A stretch of 24,687 nucleotides of DNA from a virus (IMGVR_UViG_2711768042_000001:1-24687); one strand, 5' to 3'. Counted from the first letter of the stretch, positions 8,472 to 19,466 are shown. Notes: a model not told the origin generated them from the sequence alone. Numbers and translations are program-made.

Positions 8472-8909
8472 ATGATCACCGACAAACTGTTGATGTTCTC
8501 CGAAGCACAGGCGGTAACTGATACCGCGGCTTCTACTGACGTAATCGATCTCGGTCCAATTGACGGAAAACGTCGTGATATCGGCGTTGGTTACCCGCTT
8601 GAGTTTTGGGCGCTGGTTAACACAGCCGCCGCGGCAAGCGGTGATGCAACTGTAAACATCCAGTTGCAGACGAGTGAAAATAACAGCTCATGGACCACTA
8701 TTTATGATAGTGGCGCACTGGCAAAGACCGCCCTGACAGCAGGTAAACGAGTTGTTTCTGCAAAGGTGCCTGCCGGTGTTCAGCGATATCTGCGTGTTAA
8801 CTACTCCGTCGCAACTGGCCCACTAACGGCTGGCGAATTCACTGCTGGTATCAGTCTTGATGTTGATGCCAATACGCCGTATCCGATCCGCTCAAAAGTA
8901 ACTGGTTAA
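8472..8909 (+). CDS. putative virion structural protein (capsid decoration/accessory candidate)
   Basis: 145 aa, RBS GGAGAAAGAAG before ATG; beta-rich composition; position after the capsid gene. Confidence 0.45.
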   Translation: MITDKLLMFSEAQAVTDTAASTDVIDLGPIDGKRRDIGVGYPLEFWALVNTAAAASGDATVNIQLQTSENNSSWTTIYDSGALAKTALTAGKRVVSAKVPAGVQRYLRVNYSVATGPLTAGEFTAGISLDVDANTPYPIRSKVTG

Positions 8910-8919
8910 GGTGATATCG

Positions 8920-9255
8920 ATGTCAGGTGAGAAACCAAGATACCTCGTTCTGCGCCTCTCTCATATCCATAACACTCTGTGGCCGGAGGGGGCAGAAATC
9001 GAATACGAAGGTGAGCCTGGTAGCGCACTGGAACCTGTTAACGATGCAGCCAGACAGGCAAAAGCAAAAGTTGCAGGAAAGGTGTCAATGGCAGCAACCA
9101 GCACCAAAATCATCAACGATGTGTCAGATGATGGTGAACTGGATAAGCTCCGTGAAGAGTACGAATTGCTCTTTAACGAGAAGCCACACCATAACGCTAA
9201 AGCCGAAACGCTCCGCGAGAAGATCGCAGATAAGCGTAAAGAACTAGGCGTGTAA
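8920..9255 (+). CDS. hypothetical protein (112 aa)
   Basis: ATG 8920 with AAGGTGA 5 nt upstream (track start is GTG 8911); followed by an intrinsic terminator. Confidence 0.5.
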   Translation: MSGEKPRYLVLRLSHIHNTLWPEGAEIEYEGEPGSALEPVNDAARQAKAKVAGKVSMAATSTKIINDVSDDGELDKLREEYELLFNEKPHHNAKAETLREKIADKRKELGV

Positions 9256-9273
9256 GCCTCGCGAATCCGACAA

Positions 9274-9293
9274 GGGGCTTCGGCCCCTTTATT
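9274..9293 (+). terminator. rho-independent terminator (GGGGC-UUCG-GCCCC then TTTATT)
   Basis: 5-bp GC stem with UUCG tetraloop at 9274-9287 followed by a T-rich run; located after the capsid-proximal gene block. Confidence 0.65.
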
Positions 9294-9305
9294 GCAGGAG
9301 TGTAT

Positions 9306-9629
9306 ATGGAACTCGTAAACCTCAAAACCGGCACTGACAGCTACCAGGATGAGAGCGGAGAAACCAGAACTCGCGATGAATACCCGTGGGGGCTGTGCAT
9401 CACTCTTAATAACGACACATTGAATAAGCTGAAGGCGCAACCTCAGGGCGTCGGAACAGAAGTGATGATAACTGCAAAAGCTGTTATTCGAGGCCTGTCT
9501 GCCAGAGAAACTGACGATGGTGTTAATCGCAGCGCCGATCTGCAGATCACTGATATGGCGATCGCTCCTGTTTCCGGGGATGTAGAAAAATCAGCGGCTG
9601 AAACCCTGTACGGCAATGGGGGTGAGTAA
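9306..9629 (+). CDS. hypothetical protein (107 aa)
   Basis: ATG 9306 with AGGAG 5 nt upstream; stop overlaps next start (TAATG). Confidence 0.5.
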   Translation: MELVNLKTGTDSYQDESGETRTRDEYPWGLCITLNNDTLNKLKAQPQGVGTEVMITAKAVIRGLSARETDDGVNRSADLQITDMAIAPVSGDVEKSAAETLYGNGGE

Positions 9630-10234
9630 TGGCCTCTGTAGTAGAGATCTGCAATCGTGCGCTGTCCAATATTGGCAATAGCCGCAGCATTAACAGCCTG
9701 ACGGAAGCCAGCAAGGAAGCGGGGGAATGTTCGCTGCACTTTGAGGCCTGCCGTGATGCTGTGCTTTCTGATTTTGACTGGAACTTTGCTACCAAACGCG
9801 TGGCGCTTGCAGATACGAGCAATCCACCGCCTGACTGGGAATATGCGTATCAGTACCCGTCCGATTGTCTGCGCATTACTGAAATTATGCTTCCTGGTGT
9901 ACGCAATCCAACAGCAGCAATGCGCGTTCAGTACGAAGTTGGTGCAGACACCAACGGAACAGGAAAGTTGATCTACACAGACCAGCCGCAGGCATGGCTC
10001 AAGTATGTCTCTCGCGTTTCAGATGTGAACATGTTTGATGCCATTTTTATGGAGGCGTTGGCCTGGCGTCTTGCGGCAGCTATTAACATGGCGCTGACTG
10101 GGAATGCAGACCTCGGTACGTTTGCCCTCAATATGTACAATCGCGTGATTCTTAGTGCTGGCTCGCATAGCCAGAATGAATCACAGGAACCACTGCCACC
10201 GGTTGACGAGTTTACCATTGCGAGGTTGTCCTGA
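9629..10234 (+). CDS. tail tubular protein A-like (T7 gp11-like)
   Basis: 201 aa, immediately upstream of a ~820-aa gene, the same size pairing as T7 gp11/gp12; N-terminal region resembles gp11-family proteins in composition; translationally coupled on both sides. Confidence 0.55.
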   Translation: MASVVEICNRALSNIGNSRSINSLTEASKEAGECSLHFEACRDAVLSDFDWNFATKRVALADTSNPPPDWEYAYQYPSDCLRITEIMLPGVRNPTAAMRVQYEVGADTNGTGKLIYTDQPQAWLKYVSRVSDVNMFDAIFMEALAWRLAAAINMALTGNADLGTFALNMYNRVILSAGSHSQNESQEPLPPVDEFTIARLS

Positions 10235-12705
10235 TGGCTATCAGTTGGATCCAGCCCAGCTTTGCCGGTGGTGAGATTGGACCGTCGTTGTACGGTCGTA
10301 TCGACATGGCGAAGTACCAGGTGGCATTGCGCAAGTGCGATAACTTTATCGTGCGGCAGTATGGCGGAGTTGAGAATCGACCTGGTACGCGTTTTGTCGG
10401 TGCCGCCAAATACCCAAATCGGAAATGCCGCCTGATCCCGTTCCAGTTCTCGACGGTTCAGACTTATGCTCTGGAGTTCGGACACCAGTACATGCGCGTT
10501 ATCAAAGATGGTGCGTTGGTGCTGAACAGCAGCAATGTTATTTATGAAATTTCCACGCCATATACTGAAACCGATCTGTTCCGAATTAAATTCACGCAAA
10601 GCGCAGACGTGCTTACGCTGGTTCATCCGGCATACCCGCCGAAAGAGTTGCGCCGCTATGCGCATGACAACTGGCAACTGGTTGATGTGGTAACGAAGAA
10701 CGGGCCATTTGAAGATATCAATATTGACGAGTCAGTGACGGTTTATGCCAGCGCCAGCACCGGGACAATTACGCTAACGGCAAGCGCCTCTATTTTTGGC
10801 GCGGAGCAGGTAGGCAAATTGTTCTATCTGGAACAGCCTGCAGTGGATTCTGTGCCGGTATGGGAAACCAGTAAGAGTACGTCGATTGGCGATATTCGCC
10901 GTGCAGACAGTAACTACTATCGCGCCGTTACAGCAGGCAAAACAGGTACTTTGCGCCCTTCGCATACAGAAGGCACATCATGGGATGGCTGGGGCGGATC
11001 CGGTGATGATGATACTGGCATTGAGTGGGAATATCTGCACAGTGGTTTTGGCATTGCCCGTATCACTGCTGCAAATGGAACTACTGCAACTGCCGAGGTG
11101 ATTTCCTATATCCCTTCGCAGGTCGTGGGCGAGGATAATGCCAGCTATAAATGGGCTAAATATGCCTGGAACAGTGTTAATGGTTATCCTGGCACTGTTG
11201 TTTATTATCAACAACGTCTTTACTTCGCCGCATCGACTGCGTTTCCTCAGACTATCTGGGCCAGCCGTACCGGGGATTATAAGGATTTTGGCAAAAGCAA
11301 TCCTACGCAGGATGACGACAGAATTATCTACACCTATGCCGGACGTCAGGTTAATGAGATCCGCCACCTGATTGATGTTGGTTCTCTGGTGGCGCTGACT
11401 TCCGGAGGTGAGTACGTCATCACCGGCGACCAGAACAAAGTGTTAACCCCATCATCATTTGCATTCAGCTCTCAGGGATCAAATGGCTCAAGCAACGTCC
11501 CGCCAATTGCCGTGGCGAATATTGCTCTGTTCGTCCAGGAGAAAGGCAGCGTTGTCCGTGATCTGGCCTACTCATTCGATGTTGACGGCTATCAGGGGAA
11601 CGACCTGACCATCCTTGCCAATCATCTTTTTCAGAAGCACAGCATTGTTGACTGGTGCTTCTCGATAGTCCCTTACTCCAGCGCCTTCTGCATTCGTGAT
11701 GACGGTAAATTACTGGTGATGACCTATTTGCGTGATCAACAGGTTTTTGCATGGGCACCACAGTCCAGTACCGGAAAATATGAAAGCACATGCAGTATCA
11801 GCGAAGGCAATGAAGATGCGGTGTATTTCGTCATTAACCGAACCGTTAACGGGCAAACAGTGAGATACATCGAGCGACTGTCCAGCCGTTTATTTACCAG
11901 CGATGAAGATGCTTTCTTTGTTGATTCTGGCCTTAGCTATGATGGAAGAAATACGTCTGACAGAACGATGACCATCACTGGTGGTTCTGGCGAATGGGAT
12001 TACCGCGCGGAATATACAATCAGTGTTTCTGGTGGTGCGTACTTCACCAGTAGTGATGTCGGCGCGCAACTACAGTTCCCTTATACCGGAACTGATCCTG
12101 ATACTGGCGATGAGGTGTCAAAAGAATTACGTTGCGACATTATTTCTGTAACCAGCAATACCGCTGTAGTGGTTCGTGCTAACAGGAACGTCCCGCCATC
12201 CCTCAGGAATGTGGCCACCACGAACTGGCAGATGGCGCGCCGGACATTTGGAGGCCTGTCTCATCTTGAAGGCCAGACCGTAAACATTCTCTCTGATGCG
12301 AACGTGGAACCACAGAAAGTGGTTTCCGGAGGTGCCGTCACGCTGGAATCTCCGGGGGCTGTAGTGCACATCGGCCTGCCAATAACTGCTGAATTCGAAA
12401 CACTGGATATCAACATTAACGGACAGGAAACGCTGCTGGACAAAAAACAGGTAATCCCCTCCGTTACTCTGGTTGTGAATGCCAGTCGCGGCATCTGGGC
12501 GACTACGCCCGGCGGTAAATGGTACGAATATCCACAGCGTGAATTCGAGTTCTACGATGATCCTGTTGATGATGCTACCGGAAAAGTAGAAGTGAAACTG
12601 GACAGTAACTGGGGCAAAAACGGACGTGTAAAAATCCGTCAGCTTGATCCGTTGCCGCTGTCTGTTCTTGCCGTTATTCCTCGCCTTACTGTTGGGGGAT
12701 TCTGA
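10234..12705 (+). CDS. tail tubular protein B-like (T7 gp12-like)
   Basis: 823 aa, coupled start (TGATG), position and size; N-terminal motif pattern (SFAGGEIGPSLYGR...) similar in style to gp12-family proteins. Confidence 0.6.
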   Translation: MAISWIQPSFAGGEIGPSLYGRIDMAKYQVALRKCDNFIVRQYGGVENRPGTRFVGAAKYPNRKCRLIPFQFSTVQTYALEFGHQYMRVIKDGALVLNSSNVIYEISTPYTETDLFRIKFTQSADVLTLVHPAYPPKELRRYAHDNWQLVDVVTKNGPFEDINIDESVTVYASASTGTITLTASASIFGAEQVGKLFYLEQPAVDSVPVWETSKSTSIGDIRRADSNYYRAVTAGKTGTLRPSHTEGTSWDGWGGSGDDDTGIEWEYLHSGFGIARITAANGTTATAEVISYIPSQVVGEDNASYKWAKYAWNSVNGYPGTVVYYQQRLYFAASTAFPQTIWASRTGDYKDFGKSNPTQDDDRIIYTYAGRQVNEIRHLIDVGSLVALTSGGEYVITGDQNKVLTPSSFAFSSQGSNGSSNVPPIAVANIALFVQEKGSVVRDLAYSFDVDGYQGNDLTILANHLFQKHSIVDWCFSIVPYSSAFCIRDDGKLLVMTYLRDQQVFAWAPQSSTGKYESTCSISEGNEDAVYFVINRTVNGQTVRYIERLSSRLFTSDEDAFFVDSGLSYDGRNTSDRTMTITGGSGEWDYRAEYTISVSGGAYFTSSDVGAQLQFPYTGTDPDTGDEVSKELRCDIISVTSNTAVVVRANRNVPPSLRNVATTNWQMARRTFGGLSHLEGQTVNILSDANVEPQKVVSGGAVTLESPGAVVHIGLPITAEFETLDININGQETLLDKKQVIPSVTLVVNASRGIWATTPGGKWYEYPQREFEFYDDPVDDATGKVEVKLDSNWGKNGRVKIRQLDPLPLSVLAVIPRLTVGGF

Positions 12706-13169
12706 TGATCGATGTTCAAATTATTCCCGCAACCGAAGAGCATCTTCAGATGATTTTGCCGGATGTTCGTCAGGCTGATATTGACGAACTGTATGCGGTA
12801 TCACTGATGACTACCGAAGATGCGCTGCGTGTTGGTCTGCGTACTGCGACTATGGCCTGGTCAGGATTTGCGAACGGAGAACTGGTAACCATGTTTGGCG
12901 TATCTCCGGCGTCAATGATCGGTGGCAATGGTACGCCCTGGCTGGTCGGAACCAGCCGTATCGAAAAATATCAGAAGACATTTCTTCGCCACTGCCGCCC
13001 TGTATTGCAGCAGATGCTGGCAGTTTATCCGCGCCTGGAAAACTATGTCGACGAGCGAAACCATGTTGCCAAAGCATGGCTGCACTGGCTTGGATTCAGG
13101 CTTGAAGAAGCCGCGCCTTATGGTGCTCTTGGTCTTAATTTCCACAGATTTCACATGGAGAGAAAATAA
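12705..13169 (+). CDS. putative internal virion/tail assembly protein (gp13 position)
   Basis: 154 aa, coupled to flanking genes; assignment by synteny only. Confidence 0.45.
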   Translation: MIDVQIIPATEEHLQMILPDVRQADIDELYAVSLMTTEDALRVGLRTATMAWSGFANGELVTMFGVSPASMIGGNGTPWLVGTSRIEKYQKTFLRHCRPVLQQMLAVYPRLENYVDERNHVAKAWLHWLGFRLEEAAPYGALGLNFHRFHMERK

Positions 13170-13714
13170 TGTGCGATCCGGTTATTGCTGGTGGCGCAAT
13201 GCTCGCCATGAGTGGCATTCAGGCATACACCCAGTACCAACAGGGAAAGTATGCCTCGAAGGTTGCAGAAGCGAACGCAGATATAGCCACAGCTCAGGCA
13301 AATGATGCAATAAACAGAGGTAACGCTGAAGCTGAGCAACGGCGCAGAGAGACCCGACAGCGGCTTGGTACACAGGCGGCGACAATGGGGGCTACCGGCG
13401 CTGATTTATCTACAGGTAACGCGCTGGATATATTTGGCGACACTGCCCAGTTTGGCGCTCTTGATTCTCTGACGACGGTGAATAACGCGCAACGCGAGGC
13501 TTACGGTTATCAGGTTCAGGCTGCCAACTATAAAGCAGAAGCCAGTTCAGCCCGTAAACAGGGGAATGTGGGAGCAGCAACAACATTGCTCACTGCGCCT
13601 CTGAAGGCATATGGTGCGTACCAGATGTTTGGTGGGACGTGGAGTCCGTTTACTCAAAGCACTCCTGCGCCAATCGGGGCAGCAGCAGGAACCAGATTAC
13701 CCGGAGGATTATAA
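13169..13714 (+). CDS. putative internal virion protein (gp14 position), Ala/Gln-rich
   Basis: 181 aa, ATG overlaps upstream stop (TAATG); low-complexity helical composition. Confidence 0.45.
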   Translation: MCDPVIAGGAMLAMSGIQAYTQYQQGKYASKVAEANADIATAQANDAINRGNAEAEQRRRETRQRLGTQAATMGATGADLSTGNALDIFGDTAQFGALDSLTTVNNAQREAYGYQVQAANYKAEASSARKQGNVGAATTLLTAPLKAYGAYQMFGGTWSPFTQSTPAPIGAAAGTRLPGGL

Positions 13715-16422
13715 TGCCAGTCGTACCAACAGTATCCGGACGTCAGGTGCAAAGTCGTGGTGTGCAAACCGGTGGTTTTCAGACCTTCGATGTTCCTCAA
13801 GCAGGTCAGGTGCTGGCGAATGTCGCAGATCAGTATGCGGTGGCATATGGTGAAGCCAGGCAGAAAGCGAATGTTGCATTGTCTCAGGATGCCATCCTTC
13901 AGCTTAATCAGCGCAGCAATGAACGTCTTTATAACCCTCAAACCGGTTTTTATGCACAACAAGGCAAAAATGCGATTGGTAAGGGGCAAGAGTACATATC
14001 TGGATTTGATCAGGATGTGGAAGAAATAGCTGCTTCATTGACTGATGAAGCAGCAAGAAATATGTTTTTGCAACAAGCCAGAACACAGAAAATTCAGTTC
14101 AGTACTGGAGTTCTCAGACATGAGATAGGGCAGACAAATGCCTATGAAGATGAGCAATATCAGGCAACGAGAAAATTATGGATACAAAATGAAGCGGATG
14201 CCTGGAATGACCCGCAAACTGCCACTTTAGCCAGAAATTCCAGAATGGTAGCCATTGCTAGATATGGAGCTGCCAGGGGATGGTCACAAGAACGCATTCT
14301 GGAAGAAATAGAAAGTGATGATCGCCGTGCCACAGAAATGCGGGCGAAGAATTATGCCGCTGCCAATCCAGAAGGATGGCTAAATGGTCTGTTTCAGAAA
14401 AATGATTCTGGAGGCATGGACATGCGTGCCATACGCCTTGTTGAATCAGGTGATCGACATTTTAATCCTGATGGTAGTCTTCTTGAAGGACCGATAACAT
14501 CTTCTGGAGAGAGAGCCCAGGGGAAATACCAGTTAATGCCGGGCACAGGGAAAGAACTGGCGGCCAAGCGTGGCGTTAAATACAACCCTACGGACGAACA
14601 ACAGCATGAAATGCTCGCCAGTGACTATGTAAATCAACTGTATGGTAAGTACGGCTCCGAAATATTGACCGGAGCAGCATATAACTGGGGGATGGGTAAC
14701 GTGGATAAACTGATCGCCAAAGTCGGTGATCCACGTAAAGGTGAAATATCAGAAGAAGAATTTATCCGAAATCTTCCATCAGAAACACAAGGGTGGCTTT
14801 CCCGATATAGAAAAAATAAAACTGGAATGGATCCGCTGACTATTTATCAAATAGATAACCTTGCTAATAGTCAGATAGAAAAGCAAAGGAAGTTAATATT
14901 AGAACAGCTTGAGCCAGCTATTAATAACACCATGGCCCAGCTATATAACGGTGAGGTTCCAGATTATATACCGGCTCAGGAGACCATCATCAGGGGGTAT
15001 GGAAAAAACGCAGATAAAATAATCAATCAACTGGATATAGCGATTGATAACGCGAGAATATTCCAGGCAATTCAGTATTTGCCTCCTTCTCAGCAGCAAG
15101 AAGAAATGCAGAAAGTGAAGCCTGAGGTTAACGATCCTCACTATGCGTTAAAACTCGATGCTTACGGAAAATTGTCTGCATTGCTTCAGAGATCAAATGA
15201 AGCAATTCAGGCGCAACGGGATTCACGCAGATTTAATGAGGCGCTGACAATAGGTGAAAAATTAGACCCAAGCAACAAGTCAATGCAGAAAGCTGCTGAT
15301 TACACAGAAATGGCGCAGAACTTTCGTATTAATGATGCCTCCACTCATGATGGGGTTGTTCGGCTTGTGGCTCAGACTGGCATAATGCCTTCGCAGGTCA
15401 TCACGCAGCTTTCAGCAGTATCCCGATCCAGCAATCAGGAAGTGGTTAAAAATGCGGCGGAACTGTTTAGTCGGTTATATGAAACAGACAATGCATCTAT
15501 TGGAAATATGCCGAAGGATATGCAGGGTTTTTATCTGACTGTTAAGCAACTAACTGATGCAGGGATGTCTTCTGATGCTGCTATTGTGGAAGCGCAGAGT
15601 AAGACATACAACCAGACAGATGCACTAAGGGCGCAGCTCTCATCTGTTCAGAGTACAAGAGAATACAAAAAAGAGCGTGACAGCGCAGCCAATTCTGCTG
15701 TCAGCAATATGGCTCATTGGCTTCGCTGGGATCCGTCTGCGGATGACCAGACGCCGGAAGCAGCGCTCTTTCGCAATGACTATCAGATGCTGTATGACGT
15801 TAACTATCGCCTTGCTGGTGGTAACGCTGACGTAGCGAAGCAAATGACCAACCAGCAGATAGCCCGCACCTGGAGTATCAGCGAGGTCAACGGGGAAGCA
15901 CAGTTTATGAAATATGCACCGGAGGCGCTTTATCAATATGGGCCGTCAGGTTGGATTGCAGCGCAATGGAAGGCTGAAAAAGAAAAAATCATGTATGGCG
16001 ATGACTTACATAAACCGGCTCCTTCATTTAACCGACCTTCAACTGAGGCTGGTGCATTGGGACTGAATAAGCCACGCTCACTGGTTGGAGGTGAGTTGAT
16101 TCTCGTTCCTGACTTATCAACTCCGAGAGATAAGCTTTATTCAGTTGTGATCAGAACAAAAGATAAAAATGGTATTACGAGGGATGATTTATTTTATGAC
16201 AAGCATGGAAGACAGATGCGCTGGGGGCCATCACTAGAAGATTGGGAACCTTATAAGAAAATGCAGCAGGAACGGGAGCAGCACGAGCAGGAAGAAATTA
16301 TGCGTGGACAGGCTATACGAAACTTCAAAGACAAGCATCGCGCTCTGGATGAGCAGTATCAGCGCCTGCATAACGAACGTATGGACAAATTTAAAGATTA
16401 CTTTTCGTGGGGATCTAAATAA
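13714..16422 (+). CDS. internal virion (ejection) protein with soluble lytic transglycosylase domain
   Basis: ATG 13714 with GGAGG upstream (track ORF begins earlier at 13639, overlapping the previous gene). SLT motif block: RLVESGDRHFNPDGS...GKYQLMPGTGKELAAKRG...AAYNWGMGNV (catalytic E-S motif, QLMP, AYNxG). Confidence 0.8.
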   Translation: MPVVPTVSGRQVQSRGVQTGGFQTFDVPQAGQVLANVADQYAVAYGEARQKANVALSQDAILQLNQRSNERLYNPQTGFYAQQGKNAIGKGQEYISGFDQDVEEIAASLTDEAARNMFLQQARTQKIQFSTGVLRHEIGQTNAYEDEQYQATRKLWIQNEADAWNDPQTATLARNSRMVAIARYGAARGWSQERILEEIESDDRRATEMRAKNYAAANPEGWLNGLFQKNDSGGMDMRAIRLVESGDRHFNPDGSLLEGPITSSGERAQGKYQLMPGTGKELAAKRGVKYNPTDEQQHEMLASDYVNQLYGKYGSEILTGAAYNWGMGNVDKLIAKVGDPRKGEISEEEFIRNLPSETQGWLSRYRKNKTGMDPLTIYQIDNLANSQIEKQRKLILEQLEPAINNTMAQLYNGEVPDYIPAQETIIRGYGKNADKIINQLDIAIDNARIFQAIQYLPPSQQQEEMQKVKPEVNDPHYALKLDAYGKLSALLQRSNEAIQAQRDSRRFNEALTIGEKLDPSNKSMQKAADYTEMAQNFRINDASTHDGVVRLVAQTGIMPSQVITQLSAVSRSSNQEVVKNAAELFSRLYETDNASIGNMPKDMQGFYLTVKQLTDAGMSSDAAIVEAQSKTYNQTDALRAQLSSVQSTREYKKERDSAANSAVSNMAHWLRWDPSADDQTPEAALFRNDYQMLYDVNYRLAGGNADVAKQMTNQQIARTWSISEVNGEAQFMKYAPEALYQYGPSGWIAAQWKAEKEKIMYGDDLHKPAPSFNRPSTEAGALGLNKPRSLVGGELILVPDLSTPRDKLYSVVIRTKDKNGITRDDLFYDKHGRQMRWGPSLEDWEPYKKMQQEREQHEQEEIMRGQAIRNFKDKHRALDEQYQRLHNERMDKFKDYFSWGSK

Positions 16423-19400
16423 TGCCGTTCTATCCTGTATCTGAATCAAACAATAACGGATTTATTTCTGCTGGTCTCGCCATTCCTGAACCTGATGAAC
16501 AGAGTTTTGATGTGCATCCGCCAGAAGGTAAGAACCCTGAACCTCGTCCCAAAGAGCCTTCATTGCTTGCCGCAGCAATACGACAGAACAATATTCTGGC
16601 TGGTTTTTTCCGTCCTGCCAGACAGTTTGAACCGGTCGAGGGTTATAACCCATATGCTGATAAAAATGAGTTGCACGGTTATGAATACTGGGGGGCGAAA
16701 TTTGCAGATTCCCGATCGCCAGAGGAAACGGCGTGGATTAAGCAGCAGATAGATGATGAAAATGAAGATCGGCGTTTTATCTCTGAAGCAGGCTTAGCTG
16801 GTGGAATTGCCAGTGCAACAGCGATGCTTTTTGACCCGGTTACTGTTGCGTCAATGTTTATCCCAGGTGCTCAAGGAGGGGCACTGGCGCGTATTGGCTC
16901 ACAGATTGCGATTGGTGCTGCCGGTACTGCATTAAGCGAGGTTGTACTGAATAATCAGCAAATAACACGCTCATGGGGTGAAAGTGCCGCTCACGTTGCA
17001 GCGGGTGCGATGATGAGCGGCGTGTTTGCCAGTGCTGGTGTTGCGCTTTCGCCATCCGTCCGGGCTGCAGCCACACGTGAGGTTGCTGATGCTCTTGATA
17101 ATATGAGCATTACATCAGCGACTGACAGGGCTGCCGCTTCGCTTTCCGATGGTGGTAGTGTTGGTGCTATGAAAATTGATACAGCGACTCTGGATGATTT
17201 AACCCCTGTTTCCGGTGGGTGGGTTGGAAAGGCTGCATGGAAAGCAGGGAGCTATCTTACTCCTTTGACAAGGTTAATGGAGTCTCCGTCCAAGACGGTG
17301 CGAAAAACAACGCTGGAGTTAGCCGAAAATAATTTCACCCTTAAAGGAAATGAAAGGGGGATTGAAACACCGGTAGCTGTAGAAACCCGTACACGTGGAT
17401 GGCAGCGTGAAGAAGCTGCTGTTGTTGTCGGAAATAAACAGGCATACGCAAAGTATAAAGCTGATGGTGGTGACATGAGTTTTGATTCATTTCGTCAGCA
17501 GGTTGGGAATGCTATGCGAAGCGGTGATGTGCATGCTAATCCTGTTGTTCAGGAAACGGCGCAGGCGATGCGAACTGTATTAAATCGGGTGAAAGTTGAA
17601 ATGCAAAAGCTTGGTTTATTGCCGCCAGATGAAGAACTGAAAGCATTAGGCCAGGCAAGCTATTTCCCACGCATATATAAAGTTGGAAAAATAATCAGTG
17701 AACGCGATAAATTTCGACGTATTTTGGTTGACTGGTGGTCGAGAGGAAATAAAACACTGGATCCTGAGGATGCTGAAATTGCAGCGGATATCGTAATTAA
17801 TAAAATTACTGGTGCTAAGGTTCCACAGGATTTTGTCAGCGTATTTTCTGTAAAAGCCGCAGGTAGTACGAAAGAAAGAACATTAAATGTTCCTGATAGT
17901 CTTATCAGGGATTATCTTGAAAGTGATGTGAATTACGTGCTGCAACGTCATATCCGTGAAGCGGCAGCAGAGATTGAGTTGACGAGAACATTTGGCAAAC
18001 GAACTATGACTGAGCGTCTGCAATTAATTGAGGACGAATATGACAGTCTGTTACGGGAAGTGCCTGAAAAAATAAAGGCGAAATATGACGAAAGTGTGGC
18101 AAATCTGAAAGCACGTTATGAGAGCAATGGTGAAGTTGTTCCTCAGGGTAAACTCGATTCATTAATGCGAAAGTACGAAAAGGAATTACGGAAAGAACAG
18201 TCCAGACTTTCAAAATCAAGAGCAAATGATCTCAGAGACATAACAGCATTACGCGATCGTCTTGTTGGTACATATGGTATGCCTGATGATCCGTCTTCGT
18301 TTTTTGTTCGTGCTGGCGCTTTTCTGCGGGATGTGAACTTCACGACCAAACTCGGTGGAATGACAGTATCAGCTATTCCAGATCTGGCCAGAGGGGTTAT
18401 GGTTAATGGTTTCCGTAACACCATGAAAGGCTATGCTTCTCAGATATCCCAATCACCGGCATTTAAGGCCAGCAAAGAAGAGATGTTGAAGATGGGGATT
18501 GGATTGGAAACTGTACTACATTCACGTTCTCGTGCAATTGGTGATCTTGTTGACAGTTCTTCCAGGACAACAGCAGTCGAAGCAGGAATGGAGCGAATTA
18601 CTGATGCCTTCGGCAAGCTGACACTCATGGATCGATTTAATGACATAAACAAATCCATGAACGGAATGCTCACGTCAGACGGTATTTTGTCTGGTGCGTT
18701 TTCTGCACGTCGCATGGCAAAACTCGGTATCAACGACAATATGGCGGCGCGTATTCGCAGTGAGTTCGAGAAACATGGTGAGGTAATTGATGGATGGCAC
18801 ATTGGTAACTTTGATAAATGGGACGATCAGTACGTTGCCGGAGTATTCCAGTCAGCGGTTCTGAAAGACGTTAATAACACTATCATCACCCCCGGTATTG
18901 GTGACACACCTTTATGGGCGAGTACTCCAATGGGGCGAACGATATTTCAGTTTAAATCATTCACAACGGCTTCATACAACCGTGCGCTACTTGGTGGGTT
19001 ACAGGAAGGAACTGCGCAATTTTATTATGGCACTGCATTTCAGATTGCTCTTGGCTCACTGGTCTATGCGCTAAAAGAAGCATCGAAAGGGAAAAATGTT
19101 GACTGGTCACCAGAGAAGCTGGTGCTTGAGGGTATAGATAGATCCGGTATTCTTGGGCCATTGATGGAATATAACAACATGGCTGAAAAGGCTACTGGTG
19201 GTGCTGTTGGGCTGGGGGCTTTATTTGGCACTGGCACACAGTCTAGGTATGCCAGTCGTGGATTCGTAGGATCTCTATTCGGACCGTCATTTGGTCTTGC
19301 GGATAGCATCATTGATGTGACCGCAGGAGTGTTGAATGGTGATGCCGGTGATCGTATTGTGCATAATGTCCGAACCCTGATACCAGGCAATAACCTGTTC

Positions 19401-19445
19401 TGGATTGCGCCACTAATAAACCAAGTGGATCCGGTGATGCGTTAA
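16422..19445 (+). CDS. large internal virion/DNA-injection protein (gp16 position)
   Basis: 1007 aa, ATG overlaps upstream stop (TAATG); last gene of the + strand structural block before the accessory locus. Confidence 0.6.
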   Translation: MPFYPVSESNNNGFISAGLAIPEPDEQSFDVHPPEGKNPEPRPKEPSLLAAAIRQNNILAGFFRPARQFEPVEGYNPYADKNELHGYEYWGAKFADSRSPEETAWIKQQIDDENEDRRFISEAGLAGGIASATAMLFDPVTVASMFIPGAQGGALARIGSQIAIGAAGTALSEVVLNNQQITRSWGESAAHVAAGAMMSGVFASAGVALSPSVRAAATREVADALDNMSITSATDRAAASLSDGGSVGAMKIDTATLDDLTPVSGGWVGKAAWKAGSYLTPLTRLMESPSKTVRKTTLELAENNFTLKGNERGIETPVAVETRTRGWQREEAAVVVGNKQAYAKYKADGGDMSFDSFRQQVGNAMRSGDVHANPVVQETAQAMRTVLNRVKVEMQKLGLLPPDEELKALGQASYFPRIYKVGKIISERDKFRRILVDWWSRGNKTLDPEDAEIAADIVINKITGAKVPQDFVSVFSVKAAGSTKERTLNVPDSLIRDYLESDVNYVLQRHIREAAAEIELTRTFGKRTMTERLQLIEDEYDSLLREVPEKIKAKYDESVANLKARYESNGEVVPQGKLDSLMRKYEKELRKEQSRLSKSRANDLRDITALRDRLVGTYGMPDDPSSFFVRAGAFLRDVNFTTKLGGMTVSAIPDLARGVMVNGFRNTMKGYASQISQSPAFKASKEEMLKMGIGLETVLHSRSRAIGDLVDSSSRTTAVEAGMERITDAFGKLTLMDRFNDINKSMNGMLTSDGILSGAFSARRMAKLGINDNMAARIRSEFEKHGEVIDGWHIGNFDKWDDQYVAGVFQSAVLKDVNNTIITPGIGDTPLWASTPMGRTIFQFKSFTTASYNRALLGGLQEGTAQFYYGTAFQIALGSLVYALKEASKGKNVDWSPEKLVLEGIDRSGILGPLMEYNNMAEKATGGAVGLGALFGTGTQSRYASRGFVGSLFGPSFGLADSIIDVTAGVLNGDAGDRIVHNVRTLIPGNNLFWIAPLINQVDPVMR

Positions 19446-19466
19446 TCAATATTTATTGGAGTTCTT

